Both the position numbers and the translations under genes were made by a program. DNA of 64,000 nucleotides, taken from contig DF237087.1 of NCBI GenBank assembly GCA_000708835.1, positions 62,001-126,000 of the forward strand. Reading direction: 5' to 3'. Shown here piece by piece: positions 36,201 through 48,978 of the stretch. Position 1 is the stretch's first letter; every line of letters begins with the position of its first letter. Under the pieces are notes generated by a model. It was given only the letters and a program-made list of their open reading frames with translations, was not told where the DNA came from and ran no database searches. The DNA is from Klebsormidium nitens. Taxonomy: Eukaryota > Plantae > Klebsormidiophyceae.

Positions 36201-39200
36201 TGCTAAAGCGAGGCGTACAAACCTGATCTTCACTCAACTACAAAATGGAGAGAGGCAAACCTCCAGTACAGCCGAGAAACTTGCAATTGCACGAAACAAG
36301 CGAACGAATCAAAGACAGAAATTCGGATAATCGGCCATCAAAAAGGTCAGGGCCTATCTGCAGACCTTTGCAGGCATGCAGGGCTCAGATATAGCGAACT
36401 TTCATTTTGGCCATCAGCCTCCAGTTACATGTGTGACAGAAGATGCTGCCATGTGTGCGTCCTTGCCAACATTAAGCCCTCCAGAGATCCAGGTTGCCAA
36501 CCAGAGTGACTCCTCAGTGAGATGCTTCTACGTAAGCCTCGCTGGGCCAGTAAGTCTAGAAACTTGCCACAGCGATGCTCAAAAGGCACATCCGTGACGA
36601 CCGGACAAAGTGGAGAAGAACAGGAGAACCAGGCTACAGCATGGGGGGAGATCAATCTCAGCAATAAATGGTTCGAAACTTCGAGCCTGTTGGAAGCAAT
36701 TTTGAGAGGCGCTCGTGGGACGAGGAACGCAAGGCGAATAAGAGGAAACCAAAGTAGACCACCATTACACAAGAAGGGAAACGAGGTGGATCAGAAGGAA
36801 CGAAACGAAATGGTCATTTCGTGTAGGCAAAGGGTCAGATTATAGAAAGGGATCAGGAAGAGGAAAAAGACAATCGGATCCGCATGCCCACCTGTGAGCT
36901 TCCCCTCCTTCTCTTTGAGCAGCGCCTTCTTTTTCTTCCCCAGCTCGTCCTCCTCCTTCCTCGCCGGCAACCGCAGATAACTAAACCCCTGGCCCCGCCC
37001 GCTCGGGTCCGCTAACCCGCTTAGTTCCATCTGACCCCGCCCCTCCATCCCAGTTAGGAAACTCGCGGTCAAGTTCCACGGGGTTAGCTGTAACTCTCGG
37101 TGGATGTAGTCCGCGAGTTCTCGGGTTTGGGCGTCGACCTCTTTGGCTATCTGCTCGAGCGCCAGGGGGATCCCCCCGGGGGTCGTAAGGACGCTGATGC
37201 CCGCGCGGCGGAGGTACTCTTGGCCAGCTTTCATGGCCTCGAACATGCAGACCTGTGGAATGGACAAAAGGAGATGGATGAAAATACCAGAGCGAGAGGA
37301 TTCCGTAGTCAAAGACGAGCGATGCAGCGCAGTTTCTCTGGCTTCAAGGTTGATTTAACAACCGGGAAGAGTACGAGAGAGCGATGAAGTTGGTCGTGAA
37401 TCCAAGTGCGCTCTGTCGCTAAAGAAGGCAAATGAGGGCTGACCGAGATGCAAACACGGTTCATTGAAGGCAACCATAGATACATTCGAACGCGTCCTGC
37501 AACCATATCAGTGACATGCACCGACAGCGTCCCTTCAACTCCAACAGGTAACAACTTATCCCTTCGAGCATACTCGTTTTCATTCAGGGCCACCGACCAG
37601 GTACCTTGAGACTTAAACTTGCTCAGAACTGCAATTCTCTATCCTCAGACCAGAACCTACAACACATTATCAAAAGCAACCACCCAAGGCGGTCTCAGAC
37701 GGTCTGATCAGCAACTTCCCAAACCCAGAATGGTAACCAAAACCGTTCCGCCCACCTGTTCCGGCGCCACCATCCGCCGCAGCTCGTCCTCCTGCGGAAT
37801 GATAAACCCGGGCTTCTTGCGCAGCATCCCGAGCGTCGTGAATTGCGCAAACGGCCGCAGCCATTTGCGCAGCGTCTGTTCCGCTTGCCCGGGAAACTGG
37901 CGCGCGAGGTCGTGCATCGGCAGCGCCGCGTGCTCGCCGCCCTTCTTCTTGCGCAGCTGCGCCGTGAACTCGCGGAAGACGTGCAGCTGGAGACGCGCCT
38001 CCGAGTACTTGAGCGCGGCCTTGCTGTTGGGGACCATCACCTCCTTCGACGGCTCCTAAACGAAGAGAACGAGAAAACTGTGAGGTTCGGCGCAGTTTAT
38101 TGATTGATGGTCTGATTCGGGAGAAGTGGGCCGCTGGGTTGAAACAGGTCTGAGGGTTGCTCTCAACAATAGTCACTCGTTAAGAAATGGTCAAGTGTTT
38201 CTCACAGTCTCAGGCCTCCTATTTCGCTAAGTCTCACTCTCCTCATTCTGGTCGGTCAAAAATGGCGTCAACTGGCATCCAGCAGATGGGCAAACTTGAC
38301 ACCTAACATGATCAAAAGAGCAGCAGGCTGTAAGCTATCGGATGGGAATACAAGGTACTTTAAAGAAACAGACTTCCCTCGACTCCCTGGCTCGGCAAAG
38401 GTGTCATGGATCGCGAAAACAAACGAAAGGCCCACCTCCTGCCCGACAAGGTGCAGCCCCGTAGCCTTGCGCAGGCTCAGCTTCCCGTGATTCGACCGAA
38501 TTAGCACAAAGTCCGTCGTCGGGACTTTGTGCCGGAACGCCGGCGCCCGGTACAGGCTCGTCTCCAGACTTGTTACCGACTGCCCCTCCGGAACCTGCCC
38601 CAGGAACGGCGTCGGCTCCGCGGGTTCCAGGGGGACGATTTGGCCCAAGAAACCACCCCCCGACTTGAGGGACGCGGCGTTCCCGTCCGCAGAGCTGCGC
38701 TTGCGGTAGTAGGTCGCGAGGCGGGCCCCCATCCCGGGAAGGCTTAGGAGGGGGGGCCGCTCCTCGGCGTACTCCATGAGGAGAACGTGCCCGTCTTTTG
38801 CGGTGAGGTCGACCCTGGGGCAGAAGTCGGTGCAGGTTAAGAGGGGTTCCGTCCGAGGATGAGGAGTCAATGATTTAGAGTAGGTCTTCACGTTGGACGG
38901 TACTGATTCTTAAAACGGTAAAATCGTGCTCAAAATCTAGGTTGAAGCGAACAGAACTTGACGTGCCTCGTTTGCTAACAAGTGGAGCTCACACGAAGCT
39001 GCAACAAAGTTCATCCAACCCACCCTGCGAAAGCAGGGCGTTTCTTGAGCAGTACATGCTTAAGTTTGCAAAGGAGGATAGGGGATTACAAAGGATTGAC
39101 GAGGCCAGCAGCCGGCTGGCTAACAGCTTTGAATCTTGTCTTCTCTAGAACTTTGATTCCAGGACCCTTGATACCCTCAGCGTTTCGAAGCAATAAAGTC

Positions 39201-42200
39201 GACTCAGTGACAAGCTGCAAAGTTCCCCATGATAGCAACTTTGAAAATGTAAAAGACCTCGTAAATGCAAGAACCCACTTTTTCTTGAAGGCCCCCGGGG
39301 GCCGGGACGGCTGCTCGGACTTGGGCAGCTTGTTGGCCTTGAGCAGCGGATGCACCTTGGTGCGGATCAAGTGCACAATGGAGTCGTGGCGCAGGGACTG
39401 GTCAGTCAGCGGGGCGCCGTCCGTGATCTCCTTGCCGGCGTGGAGGAAGCGCAGGGTTTCCTTCTTCACGTCTGCACAGAAGTTGACGGTGGGCGAATCA
39501 GAACTAGCTTCCTGTTGCCTTCGTTCGCAATGCGTCTGCACAAGCGTTGATGGTCTTAAAAGTTAGCTTCTTCTGTCGCCTCGAAGTGGTAAGTTGCTCG
39601 AGTCGGTCCTCGTCATTGACCGTCGGGTTACTCGGAACACTCGTCGAGCTTACGGTGCTCGTCGATTGCAGGTTTTGACTCATGTTGTATCTTTTTCGAG
39701 AGTGCACTATAGCACTTCATAAAGAGTTTGTTGACTAATCAGCAAATCTCAGGTTCATTAGCCAAGCGTCTCACTTCCTGCGGCCAAAAGGCACCAGCTT
39801 CGTCGATAACCCCTTATTTCCAAAGCTCTTCCAATCCCTAGTCCCCATTAAAAGTCCTCAAATCCGGTTTCTTACAACCTCAAACCCCTCGGTTTCATAT
39901 CCATCGGTCCCGCTCACCTTTCCACTTGCTCATCACCTTGCCCCGCACCGCCTCCAGCGCCTCCGACCCCTTGACACGCACCGTCACGCTCTTTCCGATG
40001 TTCCCGAGCGACTTCACCACCAGCCGGATCTGCCCCCGGTCGCCGTTTTCCTGCTCGAACGCGCGGTCTTTGGACACGGGGAACCACACCGCGCGCGGCC
40101 GGTGGAAGTTGGCCATCTCCTTGAGCAGCGGAGTTGGGCGGCTGGTCTGGAGCTTGAGCGCGGGGACGGAGTGCACGATCTTGACGCGGGTCTCCTGGGC
40201 GCGCTGCCGGGCCTTGGTCTTCTTGACCTGTGGCGGGTTGAGGGCGGGTCAACGGCGGGTTATAGAGGTGTCGAATAATGATGTGCCAGAGTCTTAGGAC
40301 GCAATACAGCGAGGACCCGAACAAAGAAACGGAGGAACTTCAAAATAGCCGATAGAAGCGGGTGTCTGGGCGCGCTGACAGACCTTGGATCTCTTGAGCC
40401 GGGGAAGTTCTTGGTTGGGTTAGAGAGCGGTTCAAAACGTCAATAATGGGCCAGAGTCCTGGGGCGGGACTTCAAACAGGCAAAAAAAGGGTCCCACTTC
40501 GCGATAGAAGCGGGCCTCTGTGACCTTCGGTGCCTTCTTCTGGGATGTATAAGGGTTGACTTAGAAGGAGGTTTGAAAGTCGCCAAGTAAACTGATGCTA
40601 AGTCGAAAAGCTTGAACCAGGCGGAGAGCAGGTGCAGTTTGTCCCACAGTTTGTCTCAGAATTCAATGTTCAGGGCCAGTCTATGTACTTGAAAACTGCA
40701 CATCTCGTGGGGTGGCCGCCTGCTTCCTATGGCCGTCATTCACAAGCCCAAAAGACAAGCCGTTTTCCCAACGTGGACGAAGATGCCATCTTACCTGTGT
40801 GGTCTGGTAAAACCTGTCGTTTGACACATTGAACCGGACCGCTGCACCAGGATGGGGGGCAGCCGCCGCCTGCTGATTCTCCCCCCCTGCCAGCGTCGCC
40901 GACGGCGGCCTCTCCTTACTATTTGCCGTCAGAACAATTGCTGCCGCATGCGCTTTCACCTTAAGACCCTCCTTATCCCCGTCCCTCACTTCGAAGACCA
41001 TGTCCGGGTCGTTAAGATCCAGGACGAGTTTCGCCCGCAGTGCGGGTTTGTCCAAACCGTCTTTGATCAGGTCCAAACCCTCCTCGGTTAACCAGTCCTC
41101 GGGCCCCAGCTCGAGTCTCGTCATCCGCTTCAGCAGCTCCTGCGCCGAGACAGCTCTCTCGCTCGCAGAGCCCGGCGCTCGTTTCTCGAGGCGCAGCATC
41201 TGCGGGTGCGCGCCTCCATTGACGTCACCCTCCGCAAAAGTGACGTCATCTTTCGTCAGCTTCTCGAGCACCACTGGCGGCACGGACTCGCCCTCGGTCG
41301 CCTCCGCTAAAGTCGCCGACTGGTCCGTGAGGTTCTTCCCTGCCCCTCCCAAACTCGATGACGTCAGCTCGCTCTCCTCTTCAGACATCGCCCCATTCGA
41401 AAGCGCCCCGTTTGGCAACGACTGCGTCCCGTTCTGTTCCGCAGCGTAAAAGCTACCATCTTCCTGCCCCCTCGGATTCTTCTTCCGACTCACCCTCATC
41501 GCCTCTGATGTCCGCCCATCATCCCACATGATGTTACGCTCCCAGTCAACTTGATGCACCAGTGCAAAGTTTTCCTCTGGCAGCGACGCCCTGAGACTCT
41601 CCAAAACCTCGCCGTTCTCCGCACGAACTGGCTGATTCCCTCCAAAGGCCCCCCGCCGGCGGCCCTTTGGCGCCCGGCCGTCTCTCGGTCGGATGATGAC
41701 GTCAGCGGACGTGCTGGCCGCTAGGTGTGAGGCCCGCCTCTCATCATCAATGTCCATCAGTTCTCTTCCCTCCAACAAACCGTCTCCCAGACCCTCAGCC
41801 GAAATTCCCTCTGGGGCCCGCAAATCGTGCTCGCGAACGGCGACGTCAGCACCCCCCTCGGTGATGTCAGCGGCGGAGCGGCGGCGCTCGTCCTCCTCGG
41901 TTGTGAGGCCCTCTTCTCCGGAGGAGCGCGCCTCGTCCGGCTCTGGCTCAAACGCCTCCTGCACAGCAGAAAGAGACGAGCGGAAGCTCACAGAGCCAGT
42001 GACTGGGCGTGGCCATACACATCGCGCCACTTGGCATGCTCTCCTCGTTCCAGTCTGCTCCCCTTTCTCTTGTTGGGCTTGAACTTCACTTCCAACAGAA
42101 CGTGTGCTGGAACTCTGGTAATCACCAGTCAGGTGCCCGGTTATTAATAACCACGGGCACTCACCCGTTCTTCCTCACTCTCGTCGCTCTTGGCCGGTCG

Positions 42201-44593
42201 GCGCGCTCGCCAATTGAAGCTTCCCCGCTGCTTCAAACTCTTAAACCCCTCTCCGCTCGGCTGCCTCGCTAAGTCAGCACTTGGCTCCTTTCTCAGTTCC
42301 GCTCGTGGCTCCGCACGAAACCACGCCTCGTCATCGTCGCTCTCTTCATGGTCAGCGCTAACCTGGATCTGAACCCGCTTCTTGACCGCCTTCTTCTTCC
42401 GCTTCGTTGACCGCTCGACCCGCTTGCTGAAGATCTCCGAGAACCGCAGCACAGGCTCGCCGCCCGCCTTCTGGAACAGCACCGGAAGCTCTAGGGGTCC
42501 CGCAGCCTCAGCCGGCCTCTCCGAAACCTCTAACGCCTCCTCGTCCTCCTCCATAGGAATCCCCTCAGAAAGCCCTTCCGAGCTCTTCGCAACACCTTCC
42601 TTCTCCCCCGTCCCCTCCTCGTCGTAATCCTCTTCTTCCGGGGGGGGTACTTGCGGCCACTTTTCTGTGGTGGGTCCCCGCCCCTCCTCATCGTAATCCT
42701 CTTCCTCTGGCGCAGCCACGTTTGCCGCTATGATTGGCCCCGGCAAAACTGGTAGTTCCGTTGCTCCCCCATCATCGTCATAATCATCTTCCTCTGCGCC
42801 GGGGGCGGCCGGTTGCTGGGGAAGAGGCAGCACAAAGTTTGGCAGGGGGGGTTGTAAGGCGCCAGGGTCGTCAATCACCTCCTGTTCGTCCTCGTAGTCA
42901 CGTGCGTTCTCTGCTTTCACGTCGTAATCTGCAAGTGAGGCAGAGTGAAAATTGGTGTTGTGACCAGGATTTGAGAAGTTGGAAGATAGCAGCGCAAAAA
43001 TGAGGTTGACGATGACTTCTGGGTCTCTACTTCTACCTCTGAAACCTTGCGGCATCACATTTGCAAGATGTCAGAAGTAAAGCCTTGACGGAAAACGAGA
43101 ATTAGAGCTGAGAATTCGAAGAGATGCCCCAGTATGTCCCAGTGTAAATTCCTGCAGAGCTTGGTTCTACTCGAAAATCAGAACTGTCTGAAAGGAATAT
43201 TGCCCTTTCCTTTTCTTTGAGTCACTATGCTTGAGAAAATGCTTCACTTGAGCTGCGGCATCCCAGATCTTGGTCGAGCCCAGACCCAAACGCTGCTTCC
43301 CAGAGAAATAAAAAGTTTGATTTGAGATGCTTTCCAAAGTCTTGGTACCAAGCTGCAGAGCCCATGCACGAAGGATACTTGGAAAGCCCATAATTGACTG
43401 GTATCCAATTTCAACACTTTGAGCTAGGACAGGTGGCGACGATGAATCTTAAGACTGACGCTGTTGTGAGCCAGCATGTCTACAATTACATCAAAGATTC
43501 TCACCATCATCCTCCTCGTCCCGGTGATTCTCAGACACGAGCCGCTGCAGGTTGAGCCGTCCACCCAGCCTGGCGCCCAGCTCTCCCAGCTTGTCAATCG
43601 CATCCTGGTCAGAAGAGCACACCAGTGAGCGTGCTGATGATGAAAGTGGGATGATGAACCTTCAGATATCTCCTAGTTGCGAAGGTCTCCCCAGACATTC
43701 TGTAGCATCTGGTTTATGCTCCGTCTCGCTACAGCTTTTGTTTCTTTTTGACTGATTCAAGAGAACCTGGTTCCTGAAGTTTGTGGCACTTGTATGGTAG
43801 ATCGTGAAAAAAGGTGATGTCCAACAAAAGTCCAAAAGTGAGATGGTGTCTGTGCTTCGTGTGCGTCGAGTGCGTTTTCTAAGATCGCAACAAGACCTCG
43901 TCACCTTCTTGATGTCAAGAACAGGGTATAAGCGACCGAAGCCTGTGGTGCTTTTAATCCTTACAGTCAAGTAATCACACAAACCAGGTATGTGGGACAG
44001 CAAAAAAGAGGAAGTTGTAGTGTCAGCAAAAAACAAACAGTTCCGGTGGTTGTCCACAAGCTGCAACTTGGAGATAGAGGTTGAGTAGCCGCAGCCAGAG
44101 CAACCTTTAACCTGCTCTTCGTGTCAACTTGGATTGCTATCAGACTTAGATGGTGACGCAACCAAAAAGTTCTTGGGTTGGTTTCGCAGCCATACAGGAT
44201 TGTGTTCCACTTGTCATTGAAGGAAGAAGAAAGAAGAACTAATAGGTGACTAAATTGCACACTGCGGTCAGACGGCATCTCGGCATATCTCAGAAGCACT
44301 TTCAACAAGGAGCCCATGAACAAGCATTCAACCTCACACCTCATTCAGCCTGTATTCGTAAGACAAAATGCATGCTGCAGGATTCAGGCAATTGAAACAG
44401 TGGTTGCGATGAGGTGACACGAAAAAAAAGCACCTACTTGGTCAAGATAATTCTCTTCCAGGCGGAGGTTGCGGTCCACGTTCCCAAACATAAACCCTCC
44501 CAGCGCGTTTCCTCCACCCCCTTCCTCCTTCTTTTCCTCCTCTTCATCTGTGTAACCCCCTTCATCCGTCTGATCGCCCCATGAGGTTGCCAT
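30227..44593 (-). CDS. TAF1: Transcription initiation factor TFIID subunit 1 (plant HAF/TAF1 type), 13 exons
   Basis: Exons 44593-44438, 43604-43505, 42928-42165, 41958-40795, 40227-39918, 39471-39279, 38814-38436, 38055-37756, 37252-36892, 33982-33723, 33242-33033, 32098-31032, 30437-30227. The 3' end is uncertain because a GTGAGA donor at 30259 may lead to another exon. Features: TBP-binding LGGFMFGNVD, DYDVKAENARDYED, DUF3591 core (MANFHRPR, LLMEYAEERPPLL, GTDADLRRLSM, RWRRIEMVRK), inserted ubiquitin-like domain, zinc knuckle CLKCGQVGHMSTNRACP, one bromodomain (YPFLDPVD...PDYYDIITRPMCL...IRANAHTYN). Confidence 0.95.
32722..32930 (-). repeat. Two decayed copies of the TAF1 exon 11 3' end plus donor site
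   Basis: Minus strand GAGGAGCAACTGGAGGACGAGGGAG|GTGGG (about 32930-32874) and GAAGAGCGACTGGAGGACGAAAAG|GTGG (about 32780-32722) echo the real GAGGAGCAGCTGGAGGACGAAGAG|GTGGG (donor at 33032). Confidence 0.85.
34062..34272 (-). repeat. Two decayed copies of the TAF1 exon 10 acceptor plus exon start
   Basis: CAG|GCACGGATGCGGACCTGCGCCGGCTGAGCATGGC (acceptor at 34266) and TGTCAG|GCACGGACGCGGACTTCTGCTGGCTGAGCAT (acceptor at 34121) echo the real TGTCAG|GCACGGACGCGGATTTGCGCCGGCTGAGCATGGC (exon starts 33982). Confidence 0.9.
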
Positions 44594-45294
44594 CTCTAAA
44601 CCACCCTAAATAGGTGAATTACATGGTGAGCTTCATGCAAGAGCTCACATTTGACCACTACTGGCCAGCACTTCCTCTCGTAAAGTTTACGCCAAAACAG
44701 GTTGCAATTAGGAGTGTGATACGCTGGATGGCCCCATTGATCAATCTCAGCTGTCATGGGCATCTCTGCCAGCAAGCAGCTCGTGCGCCCACCAGAGATA
44801 GAAAAACATGCTCATTGCTGGAGCAACCAAGCTGATCACCGAAGGGACCTGAGCGGCATTCACAGATGATTCACAAGAAGAGAGCGCCTCCAAGCCAGCG
44901 CCAGTGGCAGCAGCGTCTTGACAATGCTCTCTCAGTCTGGCAACTTGCGGAGTCACAAAGTCTGCTGGCTCTCATTGGCTTATAAGAATTTGAAACTTGA
45001 ATGTGGTCCGCCTGCTTCGACGAACTGTACTTACATGACCAATGCGAGCTCGATTCTCAAACGAGTTTCGCAGCAGCTTGCCTGCTCTTCTGCTTTAGAA
45101 TCAGTGTCCCCTTGTGGGGAAATCCTGCATGCAGAACGTTGAAACAGAAGTGTTTTTAAATTTACGGTTTCAGCTTCAATTTCAAGTCCGTTTGGTTGTT
45201 CAAACTTCAGGGGTCGGGACGTTTGTGGTGCCTTGCGGCCTTCCTCTAGGTTCATTTCCAACAGGTTTCTCTAGAAAGCTCCTCCGCTGCAATC

Positions 45295-48200
45295 ATGGTG
45301 GTTGCCAGCCCTGACGTCGTTGCAAAGCTGCGGGCACAGGTTTTGGACCCAGCAGCGCCCATCGCGCAGCGTTTCAGGACGCTCTTCTCGCTGAGGAATT
45401 GCAGTGGGGATGAGGCTCGGGAGGCCCTGGAAGCTGGTGGGTGAAGCTTGCGCAATATGGAGTTTCATGTACCTATGTACAGCCGTTTGAAGTAGCTGGG
45501 TTTCTGAAGAGTGTGAATTCCGTTTCACATTCTTCATTACCACCATTACCATCATGTCGTTCGAGAAATGTGCATTTTCTGCACCAGACGCTTGGATAGA
45601 CATTGGAGCTTGACCTCTAACAACTTTAAGGGTTTCTTGTATTTGGGGGTGGGAGATCTAAGTTGGGATCTAAATGCCAAAGAACTTCGAACACCTTAGC
45701 ATCTTGCTTGCATGTGAAATGTCCTCTGCCTTCAGATATATATAGCACTATAGCTACAAAAGTACACACCCAATTTTCGTCTAAAGTTTCTCCTTCGCTG
45801 GGTGCTTAAGGATTCATAGATTAGCCCTTATCCAGGAGAAACACGGGGGCCACCATGCCTGCAATGTCAGTGTCTGCCAATATGCCCTTGAAACCCTAGA
45901 ATCTGAAAATCCTTGCCACCAACTTAAGAGGTGAGAGATTTTGGGGGCCTGTTACAGTGACTACCACCATCGTCGCCATCGCGACGGGTGATACTGTTGC
46001 TGACCAGTGCGCCCCAGTTTTCCCCTCTCCTTTTCAGGATGTCTGTCTCAGTTCAGATCTGGTCGCTAATCCAGATCTCACTGGCACCACAAAATCTGCT
46101 CAAGGGCAGCCATCTCGTTGACCCCTCAATCAAAGGTCATACTAGTGGGGACGTGTAGCCGCAATTGAGTACTATCGGATCAAGCAGTTCTGACTTTCTG
46201 TAATGCAGCTATGAACGACCCATCAGCCCTGCTGGCCCACGAAGCAGCCTTCTGCCTGGGCCAAATGCAGGACGAGAAAGCAGTGCCTGCCCTCCAGGAG
46301 TGCCTCAAGAATGCCCAAATCCATGCCATGGTCCGACATGAGGTGCGTGCGATTCTGTGATTCCCGTATGGTCAGCTACAAGTAGACTCGACTGTTGGAT
46401 CCAACTCACATCTCGCACCGTCAGGAGAGTGTTGCCGTACCTGCTTTTGTATTGGGTATGATGCAGAAGCGTCAGACGCGACAGTTGGGTAGAAGCAGAT
46501 TATCCTGGTCAAGCTTTAGATTCCCCGTTGGCCAGTGCGGCTAGTCGACGCTGTTTTTCATGCTAGATGGTTGTCATGAGCTGGCAGTCTTGGAGGTTCT
46601 AGCTGAAGCGGGGTTTGGTGGCAAATTTCGTAACTTTTCGTGTGCATCTTGACCGTGAATAAGATCACTTATGATAGCACCTAAAAGAACACTTCCACAC
46701 AGTTTGTCAATTCCATACAGTATGGCAGTGGATCCTCCCTCGCTGAGCGACAAGTAAACGAGATTAGGGGACTGGTCGTGTGTCATTAGGGGACTGGTCG
46801 TGCGTTATTAGGGGACTGTCCTGCGTCCTATGTCACTTATCGAAAGCGTGCTCGTTCAATTGGGTCGCAAAGAATGATTGCAAAGCGCCAAGTTCAATTT
46901 GACGTACTCTATCTGGTAGGCTGGGGACTTCTCAGGATCTTGCGAATACGCTGGGCCCTTTTGATGTAACTTCTGCTCAGGCTGGTATGGAAAGTTTCCT
47001 ACTCCTGCTCAGGCTGGTATGGAAAGTTCCCTACTCCATTTTTTAAAGTAGCGGGGCCCACTTTCGTACTACCTCACTACTTACATGGCTGGCTGAAGCG
47101 CTGAGAGCATTTGACAATAGAGCATGCCTCTTCCGGCTGAGGAGAGGGCCTGTGATGCAACTGCAACCGCTTATTGACCCTCGCATCTCTTATGCAGGCC
47201 GCAGAGGCGCTGGGGGCGATTGGCAGCAAGGAGTGCCTTACTTTGCTACAGGAGCGAGCAATCGATGCGGCGCCCGAGGTCGCAGAAACGTGCCAGCTGG
47301 CGCTACGGCGGATCGCGCACAAGCAGGCGGAGTCTGCGGCAAGTACCAGCGGGGATGGGAACTCGCCCTATAAGTCGGTCGACCCGGCGCCGGCCGCCAA
47401 TCCAAATGCAACGGAGGCTGAGTTGAGGTGAGCTCCTCTTGTTCATTGTAAACTTGTCGGTCTTACAATTTGCTTGCAAAAATTTAATTCATCTCGCTCT
47501 TCGACTACTCAAAGGTCATCGCTAACTTGTCGATTGATGATGGTTTGTCCAGGTGTTTTACCGCACAAGGATCTGCATAGTCGGCTGCCGGCCGTGTTCT
47601 GTTCATGATATATTTTGCCTACCAGAGATTCGACGCAGGTTGTCAGATTTGAGACCTCCGTGAGACTTTCACAGACCGAAGCAGACTGCTCTGAAGTCGA
47701 CCGGGGGATGTGACTGTGGGCATTGTTGAGGCTGCTAATGGCCCCTGCAACCAGCTTCTATCAGCTTGACATCTTCCCTGCCTGTCCGGCTTCAGTTCCA
47801 AAAGCCTGCCACAAATTCGAGCGTCTAATCCTGGCACTTCTGTGCGTTTCGATGATCTGATTGTATTGTCGCTGCGAGTGGTAGTTCCGTGGAGGACAGT
47901 CGGATCGACTTACCGCTGGAATCATTAGACAAGCGAGTTAAGGCTCTGAGGAACGATATGAGCTTTTCGCTATCAGGCCCCGCTTCAAAAATGTGTCCGA
48001 AAGTACGAACCCCTGGGAGCGTACTTTTTGAGGGAAGCTCCCGTTCGAAGTCTGGCCTCTTCTCTTCCCTCATATCTGAATCAAAGGCTATCTGATTGCT
48101 GTGCAGGGCGAGACTGCTGGACGAAGGCCTCGATCTCTTCGACCGCTACGCTGCCATGTTTGCGCTGCGCAACCGAGGGACGCCGGAGGCTGTCGATGCA

Positions 48201-48978
48201 ATTGTGGACACGTTGACGGCCAAGAGTGCGCTGCTCAGGCATGAGGTGAGCGGCTGCTTATTATCGTGGTCGCATCCTGCTTTTGTATCTTTCTTCATGT
48301 TGTCGTAACGTATTTTCATTCCCCTGGATCCCACTGGGGTCTTAACTTGGAAATGTTCAAATTCTCTTGGTTGTTTTCCGAGTTTCCCCCGGGGTCGGGA
48401 GACACCTGTCTGCGGTGTTCTAGCAAACGGAGCTCTGGTCGCGAGCACTGCTGCGGAAAGTCTCCTAAGCGGCTGAACGATGGGGATTGTCTGGTCAACG
48501 CTTCCTTGTCTAGGGTCCCTACGTTGGTTCTGAGCAGTGCACGGAAAAGCAGGGTCCCTGGCGAATGTGAAGAGAAAGGGCAAGTGTTCGGAAGTTTGTC
48601 AACGGCGCTGCACAGGTGGGTTGCATCTGTCAACGTTGACTCACGGCTTGATTATGTCTGCAGGTAGCATATGTTCTGGGCCAACTGCAGAGCGACCGCG
48701 CCACTCGGGCGTTAGCGGACACGCTCTGCGATGAGTCCGAACACCCTATGGTCCGACACGAAGCGGCCGAGGCTCTCGGTTCCATCGCCGACCTAGCTAG
48801 TGTAGAACTACTGAAAAGGTTTCAGAAGCATTCGGAGCCAATTGTCAGCCAGAGTTGCGAGGTCGCGTTAGATATGCTGGAGAGCGAACAGGCGGGCGAG
48901 TTCCAGTATGCCACGGTGGAGGTTGACCGGATGAACGCAGGGAGTAGTGAACAAACTGCTACGATAGAGGTGTGCTGA
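45295..48978 (+). CDS. DOHH: Deoxyhypusine hydroxylase (HEAT-like di-iron monooxygenase), 5 exons
   Basis: Exons 45295-45436, 46209-46342, 47198-47427, 48107-48245, 48664-48978. All four HE iron-ligand motifs are present ([47 protein letters not shown]), plus [10 protein letters not shown] and YKSVDPAP. Confidence 0.96.
46763..46828 (+). repeat. Tandem 22-mer x3 (ATTAGGGGACTGGTCGTGYGTY)
   Basis: Three progressively diverged copies in DOHH intron 2. Confidence 0.9.
46973..47036 (+). repeat. Tandem 32-mer x2 (CTGCTCAGGCTGGTATGGAAAGTTYCCTACTC)
   Basis: Two copies with one mismatch in DOHH intron 2. Confidence 0.95.

Noticed and set aside
34400-36800. 2.9-kb TAF1 intron 9 with several 70-110 aa ORFs (possible nested gene or TE remnant)
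   Set aside because: No transposase, RT, integrase or other recognisable motif, no terminal repeats or target-site duplication, and the ORFs do not splice into a coherent model.
46763-46828. Regularly spaced repeats considered as CRISPR-like or telomeric
   Set aside because: Head-to-tail tandem units without unique spacers, in a eukaryotic intron. The TTAGGG-like word occurs only once per unit, not as a telomeric array.
47088-47120. Possible echo of the DOHH exon 3 start (AEALRAFDN vs AEALGAIGS codons)
   Set aside because: Only about 18 of 27 nt match and there is no AG acceptor; too weak to separate from chance.
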